A stretch of 63,634 bases of DNA, filler included, from Octopus bimaculoides (taxonomy: Eukaryota): NCBI RefSeq assembly GCF_001194135.2. It is 4 parts of 3 records of this genome, joined end to end, with 100 filler letters (N's around TTAATTAATTAA, not from the genome) between each part and the next. Parts side by side here need not be neighbours in the genome. Positions count along the whole stretch, not along the records: positions 21,372 to 52,201 come from NC_068982.1; positions 52,302 to 61,570 come from NC_068982.1; positions 61,671 to 63,634 come from NC_068992.1; 1 more part is not named here. One strand, 5' to 3'. A program made the position numbers and the translations under genes. A model generated the notes under the pieces. It saw only the letters and a program-made list of their open reading frames with translations, was not told the DNA's origin and did no database searches. The first letter of the stretch is position 1. The number at the start of each line of letters is the position of its first letter. Below, in pieces: positions 51,999-63,634 of this stretch.

Positions 51999-53031
51999 GT
52001 AAAAGAAGTAAAAAACCTGCGTTTAATTCCATTTATTTATTTATGTATATTATACAAAATATTTCACATCAACACGGAGTTTCTATCTTTACAAACAGGG
52101 TGTTATGGCCTTATTATTTTTGTGATTTTTTGCTGCCCTGGTAACTGTTTATCTATTTTTCCCGTGTTAATTGTAAACAAGGGAAAATACACACATCCAT
52201 TNNNNNNNNNNNNNNNNNNNNNNNNNNNNNNNNNNNNNNNNNNNNTTAATTAATTAANNNNNNNNNNNNNNNNNNNNNNNNNNNNNNNNNNNNNNNNNNN
52301 NTATATAGTGCCTGCGTGTGTCTGCGTTCATGTGTGCACACGCTTATATATACATTACTAAAATTGAAGCAACTTTCCCATACATGTGAAGTGAAATAGA
52401 TACGGGTCGAAGGGGAGCATGTGATACTTTGTGTGTTATATTTTTATAACTGAGGGCACGGAGAAGGCGCAACCTCAGTTATCGAGAAATACCTTCGCGT
52501 AAACTGAATTCCACGCCATTTAGTCGTAGGAGCAGAAGGGTCAGTGTAAAAGATAACAACAGATGTAAATCATATCAATCTATTCATAAAAGCCGGTCGT
52601 TACGCATTAAACCTACCTCTGGAAATATCCCTGTCTTTTGAAAATATAACGATCGAACATTCTATATATTCTGATTGAGGAAACATAGAATATATATATT
52701 TTATTCATTTATATAACATACAAAGTGTTCGGTTCAGACGAAACTTCTAACCATTGAAATGATAATAATACTATTTCTAGCGAAAACTATTATTCCGATC
52801 TGTTGTGAAATGTATTCCAAGATAAAATATTTTCATTGTATGAAGTCGTTAGTAGCTCTTCTGAGCCCACATGCACCAATATATAAGTTATAAGAATTGA
52901 TAAAAGATTTGTAATGAATGAAAGCTGAAGTAACTTTGGAATAAATAGGAGCATCGTATGTGATTCCACACACATGACGTTTGATCTTTTGTCATACGCA
53001 CGACAAAGAGATTTCAAGTTTGCACGTCGTT

Positions 53032-53058
53032 TCAAGATGGCCCACTAACTTCTATCAT
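53032..53058 (-). CDS. Candidate terminal coding exon start (MIEVSGPS* or DDRS*)
   Basis: Acceptor tttgccatttgtgcag, followed by ~700 bp of non-repetitive sequence that could be 3' UTR. Confidence 0.2.
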   Translation of the reverse strand: MIEVSGPS

Positions 53059-53700
53059 CTGCACAAATGGCAAATAATACCAAAGAAGCCATTACTAAGA
53101 ACTCTCATCTTTTGAACTTTAGATAATATTTATCTATTCTCCTGCATACGAAATATTTTAATGTTGTAAGCTTAGCAATATCGTAGACAGTTTTAAACAA
53201 AGAGAGGTTGCTTCTAATTTTAGACACAAAATAGAAATAAGAGTGACACTAATTGTTGACAGAAGAGGTAAAATATATATACGGTCAGATTTATTCTGAA
53301 TTGATACGAAATAAATCTAACGTCCAGTAATGTGGTATTTGTATATGTTAAACGTTTAATCTGAATTTTTTTCTTTAATTTAGCCTGCGTAGTAATAAAA
53401 ATAATTGTAAACAAATGGGATTGCACATTCATATATTCAGTATTATTCTAGAAAAGGTCAGACAAACATTCATTACACACAGACGCACGCTCGCACGTGC
53501 GCACAAAGACACACGCACTCATATACACGTATGTGTGTATGTATGCAAGCATACATGTAAAGGGACTGACAAAATCTATAGAGCATCGGAACAAAATGAT
53601 ATGCAGTGTTTGTTTCGTTTTGTGACACTCGGAATTTGAAATACACCGACGTCACTTCCAACTTTCCTACAATAGATACAACAAAGTAATAGTGAAGTAC

Positions 53701-53734
53701 CTGGGTGGCTGCTGTACTCTTTTTCGTCTTCAGC
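53701..53734 (-). CDS. Candidate 34-bp exon
   Basis: Acceptor ttgtttctaatgcag, donor CAG|gtact. Open frames AEDEKEYSSHP or LKTKKSTAATQ. Confidence 0.25.
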
Positions 53735-53931
53735 CTGCATTAGAAACAATGATGTGTTTTTGTGTTTGGACGTGCGTAACTGTCTATTTATGTATGCATC
53801 TACGTATGTATGTTTGTATGTATCTATGTATGTAAGTATGTATGTGTGTATGAATGTATGTATGCATGCATGTATGTATGTATGTATGTATATCTGTATG
53901 TATGCATGTAGCTCTCTCTCTCTCTCTCTCT

Positions 53932-53978
<47 letters not shown>

Positions 53979-54090
53979 ATTTGTTTCTACGTACATGTCA
54001 CAATTGTGGTTGCTTGAAACATCGTATTATATATTCCAAGTACAAATGGATACTTCAACGGGACGGCTGCTTCAATGAGACGGATGTTAC

Positions 54091-54172
54091 AGAGAGTTAA
54101 GTTCGTTCCGCTGGAAATCGGTTGTGGTTAAGCATCCAGTTTCATTTGGGACATCCAGGGCAGAGATCCATG
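54091..54172 (-). CDS. Candidate 82-bp exon
   Basis: Acceptor gcatttttcag, weak donor gtaaca. Frame WISALDVPNETGCLTTTDFQRNELNS. Confidence 0.2.
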
Positions 54173-54278
54173 CTGAAAAATGCTTAGGAACAAATAATAC
54201 AAACTTGCATTTATCGTAATTTCGTAATATCATATTATAAAAAAGTCACACAAAGATTCATTACGCGGACACACGCAC

Positions 54279-54327
<49 letters not shown>

Positions 54328-55913
54328 NNNNNNNNNNGTGTGTTTGTGTGTGTGTGTGTGTGTATGTGTGTGTATGTGTGTGAGTGTGTGTGTGTGTGTG
54401 TTTGTAATTGTAAACAACTATATATGTATGTTTGTATCTGCCTATCCACTATGTAAAGCAATGGATAGGCAGAAACTATATAACATCAGACAAAATGTAT
54501 GTCATGACTATTTATGGTAACAATTATAATAGTACATAAACCTCTACGCTGGAAGCAAACTAATTGATGTTAGTCTACATAACGCTCTAACTGAATATTA
54601 GCAGTCGCAAATCTATTTGTATACACAAGTTGTACCACAGATACATGGACACACACACGCGTGCCCGTATATCCTACGCCAGTGTGTGCATGCGCTTGTA
54701 TATGCTTGTATATGTGTGCATGGCTATGTCTGAGTGCTTCCATATCTCTCGGTGGGCTTTACTAAGACCAGCTATGAATGCTCGTAAATTATAGAACATT
54801 TCTTTTTTGCCAGAGCTAAATCAAGTATTCTATGAGCACTTGAGAAGAATCACATTGCATTATTAAATAACTAAGTAGGTGCGGAAGATTTTGGTTTCAA
54901 AGATATTAATCCGGTTTTGAATAGAAAACTATGTTATGTAGCCGTGCTTTAACACTTGTTCAGAAATGCACAAGGAATAAGTAGAAACTGCCGTGTGAGA
55001 GTCACGGAAGAATACAGTGTATGAACGTCTCGAAAAATGTTCACCAAATCGTGATAAGTCTTACTAGATAATAACTGAGGAATTTCATCATTTGTAAAAC
55101 TGTCTAAGTCGATAGAAGGAAAGTGGATTAATGTAGTCGGAATAGCACATCTTATGTAGCAATATATTTACAGTTATACAGAACTAATAGCGAAAATACG
55201 ATTATCTTAAAGGATTAACTTGTAATAATGATGAATATTAATTAATGAATATCTTCTAGTCATCACTTTCACTATTGATTAAAGGGAATACCTGTCTTTG
55301 GGGAATGAGATTACAAGTCGCTTATATAATAGACAAAGACAAATATCTTTATGGACATTGAGTTCAAAGGGTTAAATTTTGTAACGATTTCTCGTTACAA
55401 TTATCAATTATCTGACCATGTAAACATTTAGAAGAGTTCTCTTGCTTGATCCCAGTGGACACATAATCAATATTATACATTAAGCATAATGGACACGCTT
55501 AAAAGCCTTCAGCAAAATTAACTCAAATTCACCTTTGAAGTTACATTATCGCAAATCCAGATATATAAACACTTGTTTTCTTACTGCTCCAAGATGTTAG
55601 TGGCTTTCACAGTAATCAGACAGATATGTTTTCTAATTGTACAAAATATAAAATGTGGGAACAAGTTATCTATTATCGAGAAATAAAGATGAGAGAATAT
55701 TTTCTACTGTCATATATACGATTGTACTGCACTGATTAGATCAACAATTTTACTGTATCGACGCGGAAAAAACGCAAGTGAAATAGATAAAGTTACCTTT
55801 AAGAGAAAAAATGATATATGTTGCATATAGCTAAGTCTATCAACTTCTCTCTCTCTCTCTCTATCTATTTATACACATATATACAAAAGTTTGTATTTAC
55901 GTGTGTGTCTATG

Positions 55914-55955
<42 letters not shown>

Positions 55956-55991
55956 CATACATATATATATATATATATATATACATACATA

Positions 55992-56048
<57 letters not shown>

Positions 56049-56426
56049 ACATATATATAAATATATATATATAGTAGTTGAGTATATGTCCGGTCACAGA
56101 ATAACCAATGGTCTTGCAAGCAGCTGCAAGCATGGGAATCCCCGTCCACCGAATAGAACCGGAAGAGTTCTTACGATTCAACAGCACCATTTTTACCCCA
56201 TAAAAAATAACTGGTCTAACGGAGAAAATGCATCCTCAGTGACTCCGGTCTATTTATTCCTCGGGGACTAACTGACCAAATGACCGTAAAGGATTCCAGC
56301 CACCCAAAGGTGAAGAGTTGCAAGGTATTTGTGGATGCGAAGTCATTGGGCACTCTTTGACCGAACATAGATTCGACTACTTATAAATACAGTACTGCTC
56401 TATGCATCATAGTGTACTTCCTTTCC

Positions 56427-56473
<47 letters not shown>

Positions 56474-56616
56474 NNNNNNNNNNNNNNNNNNNNNNNNNNN
56501 NNNNNNNNNNNNNNNNNNNNNNNNNNNNNNNNNNNNNNNNNNNNNNNNNNNNTTGAGGCACCAGAATATGGTAGGATAAAAATCAAAAACAAAATCAAGA
56601 GATTTGGTAAATAAAA

Positions 56617-57560
56617 ATTTGAAGATAAGCAACAAAAATTCAATAGGTTATAGCAGTACGTACGTTTCGTACAAGCTCTATTTATTCATGTGCTGAGAAC
56701 ACCACAGAATGTACAATGAAAATGTACTCCTCAGCTGCATAATGGAATTTCATTTTAGAAAGTCATTTTGAGGATGTTTGCAAAAAACAAGAGTAAGAGA
56801 AGAAAACATATCATCTCGACTATGCTGCCGTTCCACAGACAAGTGAATCAAACAAGAATTTAAAATCTAATTGGAGGGATAGTAGTAATTTCAAATATAG
56901 AGGAAGGTGGGTTAAGTAGTGGTGGACAGCAGGTTAGGGGTAAATCAAGCATGAGCGAAAGGAAACAAAAAAGGAAATGGAAGGGTAATACCCTAAGGAG
57001 TGGTAAGAATTTGGAAAAAATTTAAGGCAAGGGAATTAAGGTCAAGGTATTAAAGAAATATATCTATTCTACAGTATAAATAGAATAATACAAAGAAACA
57101 CTAAATTACTAAGTTTAAAACTATAGGGAACAATAATAATTAGAACAAGATAAACATATCCAGTTAAAATAAGATATGGGGCGGTATTATTTATGAGTAA
57201 AACTATATTAATGTCCAAAATCCAAACAGAAAGAAGGGGGTGGGGAGAAGGAAGCGGAAAAAAGGGGAGAGAAATAAAGTTAGAAAAACAGGACTAAATT
57301 AAGAGAATTAAAGCTAAGGTTTTCGAAAAAGTGATAGATAGAAGGGACTCAGAGTAACCTAGAGAAAAAGTAGGAATACTGTCAGTGGGTTGGGAAAGGT
57401 TAAAATGTATTCTAAGTGTATATATTAAAAAGTTATAACTCAAATAAAATAGTTATTAGTCAGGGAAATGAGAGAAAGTAAATTTAAAAAAAAAATTGGA
57501 GCTTGTACGAAACGTACGTACTGCTATAACCTATTGAATTTTTGTTGCTTATCTTCAAAT
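56617..57560 (-). mobile_element. Non-coding Penelope-like remnant bounded by a perfect 62-bp inverted repeat
   Basis: 56617-56678 is the exact reverse complement of 57499-57560. Interior is pyrimidine-rich on the minus strand, like a PLE 3' UTR. Confidence 0.75.
56648..56742 (-). ncRNA. Type I hammerhead ribozyme motif, intact core
   Basis: Minus strand TTATGCAG CTGAGGA GTACA [49-nt loop] TGTAC GAAA CG TA CG TA CTGC(T)ATAA. All core nucleotides present, GUA triplet, palindromic ACGTACGT stem III. Confidence 0.8.
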
Positions 57561-57592
57561 ATATATATAGATAGATAGATAGATATATACAT

Positions 57593-58015
57593 GCAGGAAT
57601 GGATATGCGGTAAGAAACTTCGTTCCGAACCACAAGGTTCCGGGTTCAGTCCCACTGCACGGCACTTTAGGTAGGTGCTTTCTACTATAGCTTCAGGCCG
57701 ACTATAGACTTGTGAGTTGATTTGGTTCGCGGAAACTGAAAGAAGCCCGTCGTATATACATATATATATATGTGTGTGTGTGTATGTATGTATATGTGTG
57801 TGTATTTGTGTGTCTGTGTTTGTGTCCCCACCAACACTTGACAACCGATGTTATTATATTTACGTCCCCGAAACTTAGCGGTTCAGCAAAATAGACCGAT
57901 AGAATAAGTACTAGGCTTACAAGCACTTCGTGCTGGGGCCGATTTGTTCCACTAAAGGTGGTGCTCAAGCATGGCCACAGTGAAATGACTGAAAGAAGTA
58001 AAAGAATAAAAGAAT
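57593..58015 (+). mobile_element. SINE family A copy
   Basis: Homologous to 44945-45369 (gggttcagtcccactgca, ggaaactgaaagaagcccgtcg, (TA/TG)n, aaatgactgaaa). Confidence 0.85.
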
Positions 58016-58067
58016 ATATATATGCACTCATACGTTATTATATATATATATATGCTTATATGTACAT

Positions 58068-58330
58068 AATTGTCACTCCGTCGGTTGCGACGACGAGGAT
58101 TCCAGGTGATCAACCTGCTCGTGGAATGAACGTGCAAGTGGCTCAGCACACCACAGACGCGTGTACCCCTAACGTAGTTCTCGGAGAAATTCAGCGTGAC
58201 ACAATGTGTGATAAGGGCGGCCCTTTGAAATACAGCAGAAACAGGAAGAATATGTGAGAGAAAGTTGCAGTGAAAGAGAACAGCAGTATTCGCCACCAAC
58301 CCCTACCGGAGCCTCTTGCGACCGCGAGTC
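58068..58330 (-). mobile_element. SINE family C copy
   Basis: Reverse complement shares cacttgcacgtt.att..c.gagcagg..ctcgtcgtcg.aaccgac with 63310-63550; tRNA-like head at ~58330. Confidence 0.75.
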
Positions 58331-59257
58331 CGCTGTCCTAAACGCTGAGTCATTGTGCCTCTTCTATATACATAAGTATATATCTGTGTGTTTGTGTATG
58401 TAGGGGTGTTTGTGTGTGTGTATGCATACGGACTGACGCAAATAAAAACACTTATAGAAATACACACACAATTATAGTGGCTGCTGTTCAATATTAAAAC
58501 AAATTTCTCAGTACTGGAGAATTTAAGCGAATATCATTTTATTTAACGTCTGTTTGAAACGTATATGTTTCATTCAAAATATATTATGCATGAGCTGGAA
58601 ATTGAAGAGGAAATAGAAGAATTATTTTATGTATGATTTATGGGGTGGAGAACAGGACCGTTAGGTTTGAACTGAGCGCTGCGATAGGGATAAAAAATGA
58701 AGATATGTAGCATCGTAATAAACTAGGGACTCATGAATGAAATATTGCCTCAAAGATAAAAAATAAATAAATAAACACGAAGTGTATAGGCTCAGAATTG
58801 TAAGGGATTATTAAGACGGTTGTTTTTATAAAATGTAAGGGAGCTCTTAGTTATTGGGACGTTTTGACGTACCTACTAAGTATTGAGGATAATATAAAAT
58901 ATTTGATAGGGTTAATACTTGATTAGGGAATAGCCATGTAAAATGTTGAATGTGGGTCAGACGATTAGTAGCATGTGTTATTATAAGTTATGAATCTGAG
59001 AAGATTATTTTAAGAAATCGAATTGGGGATTTGTACAAAGAATAATGCAGGACGTTAGCAAACGAAGTAGGATTTAGAGATCAGTAAGGGGTAATAGAGA
59101 GTGGTACGTGATATTTATATACATGAAAGTATTGTAGACGAGGCTATTAAAAGAAAGTGAACATAGGAGGTAAACTGAGGCGGCCAATTTGAATTAGTGA
59201 AGAATATGGTGGTTTATAACAATGAATTAATAGATCATAATGGTAGAATGGCGTAAG

Positions 59258-59927
59258 CGGGGAGTGGGGAGAAACGTTAGCACGCCGCGCGAAATGCTTA
59301 GTGGTATTTCGTCTGTCTTTACGTTCTGAGTTCAAATTCCGCTGAAATCGACTTTGCCTTTCCTCGTTCGGGGTCGACAAATTAAGTACCAGTTGCGGAC
59401 TGGAGTCGAAGTAATCGACTGGCCCCCTAACCCAAAGTTTCGGGCCTTCTGCCTAGAGTAGAAAAATAATGGTAGAGCGGTGAGCTAGCAGAATTGTTAG
59501 CACGCCGGGCGAACTGCTTAGCAATATTTCATCTGCCGTTAGCATCTGAATTCACATTCTGCCGAGGTCGTCTTTGTCTTCCATCCTTTCGGGGTCGATA
59601 AATTAAGTACCGGTTGCGTACCGGGGTCGATCTAATCGACTGTCTCCTGCTCTTAAATTGTGGGCCTTGTACCTAGAGTAGAAAAGAGACCTGAATTCGG
59701 CGAGTTGGCAGTTTTGTTAGCACGCCGGACGAAGTGCTTAGCGGTATTTTGTCTGTCTTTACGTTCCGAGTTCAAAATTCTGCCGAAGTCGACTTTGCGT
59801 TTCATCCGTTCAGGGTCGATTAAATAAGTACCAGTTACGCACTGGCGTCAATGTAATCGACTTAATCCCGTTGTCTGTCCTTGTTTGTCCCTTCTGTGTT
59901 CATTCTCCTGTGGGCAATAAAGAAATA
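59258..59927 (+). mobile_element. Three head-to-tail SINE family B copies (~59258-59470, 59477-59687, 59698-59927)
   Basis: Each has gttagcacgcc..tgctta..tcgactttgc..ggggtcga..ttaagtacc. The third has a different 3' tail. Confidence 0.9.
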
Positions 59928-60231
59928 TCTATATCATCATGGTTTGTTGCTTAGGCGCAAGGCCAAAAGTTTGACGAGGATGGGGAAAGGCGATGCATTC
60001 AGCCACAGTACTTGTCCGTTACATTAATTCATAGACCGCAGACTGATAACGGATAGATTTCCTCTTGGCGCGATTTGAACTTGTTAACTTTTGATTAATA
60101 TATGACAATAAAAGTAAGAGAATTCTGAAAACATGTGTGCGTGTCTCTGAGTTCGTGTGTGTTTGTGTGCGTGTGCGCGTGTGAGCGTATATGTATACAT
60201 ATATAAAAATATATATGTATATGTGTGTTTA

Positions 60232-60270
<39 letters not shown>

Positions 60271-60651
60271 NNNNNNNNNNNNNATATATACATGAATATG
60301 TATACATATGTATATATGTTACAATCGACTCCTTTTATTTGAACAATGTAGTCATTACATCAATTTAAATGTAGTGCCATCATCAGCTGCACAAACAAAT
60401 AAACAGGATTTCAACCAGTCGGACACATTTATATATATTTTCTCAAAGGGCACAGAAATGTTGACATCGAATGGTAAATAATCAAATAAATGGAATAAAA
60501 ATCGATCGAGTTGGAAGTCTCTATCGTTTTTAAATATACAAATTTGAAACCTTGGAAATATAAACAATGAGAACGATCCTTAAGGAATCTAATCAATGAT
60601 CCTTTGGGGTGAAGTCTTATGCTATATTGGTAACGATTACAAAATTTACTG

Positions 60652-60688
<37 letters not shown>

Positions 60689-62013
60689 AATTATAAACAT
60701 TACAAAGGAATGATTGCATAGAATCAGTTTAATATTCATTTATGCACTTAATTAATTACTTATTAGGTGGTTTCCATAACGACTGCTCAGGGCATTTACG
60801 TATCGAATACTGAAAAGATAAACATGCTATCTATATATTCATTTTAAGCCATGAATCAGAAAAAAATAAAGTTGCGTATAGATATACACACATATTTATG
60901 TATGGCAATTTGTAACGTCATAAAACAAAGGGCAAGTATTTCTGTCATCAAATTCTTTCGAAGCTACTAATGTAACACAGTGAATGGGATTTGTTTACGA
61001 ATTTGATTCAGCAGTCTACTACATGATACCAAGTAGATCATAATAACATATTTATTTTAATTAAGGGCGTATTACTCAACTGCAACGGGCTTGAGCTCAA
61101 GATACGAACAACCTCACAAATGCACACATACGCATTGCACCTCACCGCACGCATATGTATTTAATATTATAATTCATAAATTTATTAATGAGTATAGCAA
61201 TAGTGTAAAATAACAAATAGAGTTACTTTTTATGAAAACATACTGAGAGCGTAGATTATTTGTTTACACTTCGGATTTCATATTGCTTTATATCTTATGA
61301 ATTTATTTCTTTGTTATGCATTACTTGCACTGTTGTTTCTATAGAGATACAAATAACTATTCCATTATTTTGCAGATAAACTAATTATTATTACTGCAAT
61401 TTCAAATGAAAATTTTCATTACAATAAATCCTACCTTTATTGCATGTTACGCCTGTGAAATTAAACAATATATCTTACACGCGCAAACATACAAATACGT
61501 ACATATATACATACATACGTACATGCATAGATACGTATATACATACAGAAGTATATATATATATATATATNNNNNNNNNNNNNNNNNNNNNNNNNNNNNN
61601 NNNNNNNNNNNNNNTTAATTAATTAANNNNNNNNNNNNNNNNNNNNNNNNNNNNNNNNNNNNNNNNNNNNTATATATATATGCATGTATATATATATATG
61701 TATATGTATGTGTGTATATGTATATGTATGTATATATGTATATGCATATATAAATATGTATATGTATGTGTATATTTATATATACACATATACATATATA
61801 TGTATGTATATGTATGTATATATATGCATATGTAAGTATATATATATGTGTATATGTATGGATATATATATGTACATGTATGTATATATGTATATGCATG
61901 TACGTATGTATATGCATGTACGTATATATGTGTGCATGTATGTATGTATATAAATGTATGTATGTATACACACACACACACACACACACACACGTACATA
62001 TAGCTCATAACAC

Positions 62014-62100
62014 CTTTGAGCAAACAGCCCTGGGGCTGACAAAATGGAGATTGTCGTGTCAAAATTGTATAAGACATCGTTTCAACCAATATTAACAGGC
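62014..62100 (-). CDS. Candidate 87-bp exon
   Basis: Strong polypyrimidine acceptor ttgttcctttgtcttgcacccccag, donor AAG|gtgtta. Frame LLILVETMSYTILTRQSPFCQPQGCLLK. Confidence 0.2.
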
Positions 62101-62311
62101 CTGGGGGTGCAAGACAAAGGAACAAAGCGGCTGCAAATACACCGCCTGCATTGACGCGTAATCCACACACCTGCAACATCTGCCGGTTGTTCGTTTGCGA
62201 ATCGTTTGCGAGACTCAAATATCACATTCAACATAAGTAGTATGACTGACAAAGAAAGTGTAAACTGTCGGATGCTCATATGTCAAAACTGACGAGAGAA
62301 TCCAGCATAAA

Positions 62312-63290
62312 TACAGGAGTTGGACAAAATAATTGAAACACCCGATTAAATAGAAATTTTTTAATTCAATATGAAATTTGTCCACCTTTGGCATTAATCA
62401 TAGCTTTAATCCGAACGGTTGTCAGAGGGATGCTGATCCATTCATCAAGTAAAACCTGCTTTAGCTCTTTACCTCTATTCAACGACAATGGCGGAAGAAA
62501 GCAGGTCCTCACTTGCTGTTTTCAAAACGCTCCATAAATGTTCGATTATATTGAGATCCAGTGATGGGAGAGGAAGGAGGGAAATCCAAGAGACCTGCTT
62601 CACTTTTGTGCTTTTCATATCCAACTTTGAATAACATTAGCCGTGTGAACCGACGCATTGTCTTCCTTGAAGATTGCACTACCATCAGGGGAAAATGTTT
62701 GCCCCATAGGATGGACATGATCAGCCAAAATACTCAGATCGGCTTTGTAGGGCAACTAAAGGGCCAAGAAAAACCCCTCGATATGGCTGCCCAAAATCAT
62801 CACAATGCCACCTCCATGCTTCACCATAAGGGCCAGACTTATCCTCACAACGTCGCCCCAAAGTGGGAAAATGGGGTGTACGAATATTCATCAGAGAAGA
62901 TGATATTATTCTATTGAATCATTTACTACCTCTGATATTCAGACACCATTTTTTCCATTAATCAGTGTTGATGGGCGAGAAGAGAGGTTTAGCAGCTGCA
63001 ACCTTCCCATAGTACCCAGCATTATAGATGTACGATTTTGGTTGACACCGGATTGGCAAGGTGATAGCTCAGATCTACTTCACGTTTACTGGAAGTTCAG
63101 CTCTACTTTCACTTTTAGTTCGATGATATTTAGACACAATGCATTTCCCTAATCTACAGTTCCTCTCTATGAGCGTTGCCTTCCGTCCCGAGTTATGCTT
63201 GCCAATGCGGTTTTTAATTTAGTTTTAGAATGCCAACATGATTTTAAAGCCTGTACTTCACTAAACATTAAACAATCCAGCAGTTTTAGT
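62312..63290 (-). mobile_element. Tc1-type DNA transposon remnant
   Basis: TA + CAGGAGTTGGACAAAATAATTGAAAC TIR at 62312. Minus-strand motifs GKVAAAKPL, IIFSDE, FKEDNASVHTA, LDLNIIEHLWSVLK. Confidence 0.85.
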
Positions 63291-63309
63291 GACTGAATCT
63301 CCGACCATA

Positions 63310-63550
63310 CGCGTCCCCTATCAGTTTGCCCTCTTTGGAGTCCACTCCGCTGGCAAAAATGAGTAGTGCCTGTATTTCAAAGGGCCGGCCTTGTCATGCA
63401 ATGTGTCACGCTGAGTCTCACTGAGAACTACGTTAGGGGTACACGTGTCTGTGGATTGCTCAGTCACTTGCACGTTAATTTCATGAGCAGGCTGTTCCGT
63501 TCATCGTATCAGCTGGGACCCTCGTCGTCGTAACCGACTGAGAGTTCCCT
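63310..63550 (+). mobile_element. SINE family C 3' portion
   Basis: Homologous (opposite strand) to 58068-58260. Confidence 0.75.
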
Positions 63551-63602
63551 TGTGTGTATGTATATCTCGCTCAGAGATTTAATATAGCTATATAAACATG
63601 CA

Positions 63603-63634
<32 letters not shown>

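Larger units (their letters stand above)
51234..52200 (+). mobile_element. 5'-truncated Penelope-like element with inverted pLTR (IR 51234-51410 / 51863-52036) and GIY-YIG C-terminus
   Basis: ORF 51405-51626 YLKDHNKQFDLDWFILSISFPYDKGQEFCQLCSNEQ..RCNHWQKH matches the PLE EN C-terminal W.IL..PY..C.LC..EK..CRH pattern. Flanked by a ~175-bp inverted repeat. Confidence 0.85.

Noticed and set aside
1-63634. CRISPR arrays, rRNA, prokaryotic operons or defence systems
   Set aside because: The sequence is eukaryotic repeat-rich DNA; no repeat-spacer arrays or such genes were seen.

Overview
Eukaryotic, AT-rich, microsatellite-saturated, gapped draft-assembly DNA. The SINE families, TTAGGG repeats and repeat landscape suggest a coleoid cephalopod such as Octopus; this is an inference, not a database result. 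I cannot confidently identify a host protein-coding gene, and most ORF-track entries are microsatellite or N-gap artefacts. The window is dominated by decayed transposons. These include CR1-, RTE-, Tx1- and RLE (R4/Dong-like)-type LINEs, at least six Penelope-like element (PLE) remnants, mariner and Tc1 transposase pseudogenes, three tRNA-derived SINE families, and a well-resolved nested stack at 2-10 kb. In that stack a hAT MITE contains a Buster-type hAT (8-bp TSD), which in turn contains a TG..CA insertion with Gypsy remnants (4-bp TSD) and a Merlin element (8-bp TSD). The most notable observations are: (i) type I hammerhead ribozyme motifs with long stem II inserts and palindromic stem III at 51.3/51.9 kb and 56.7 kb, each in an inverted-repeat PLE structure, plus a third PLE palindrome at 37.3 kb whose junction falls inside the ribozyme core; (ii) a head-to-head TTAGGG/CCCTAA palindrome whose arms share variant repeats; (iii) RLE LINE fragments embedded in (TAA)n versus (CATA)n arrays; (iv) a CpG-rich patch with an RFX X-box and a nuclear-receptor DR0; (v) speculative, phase-compatible minus-strand exons at 53-62 kb.
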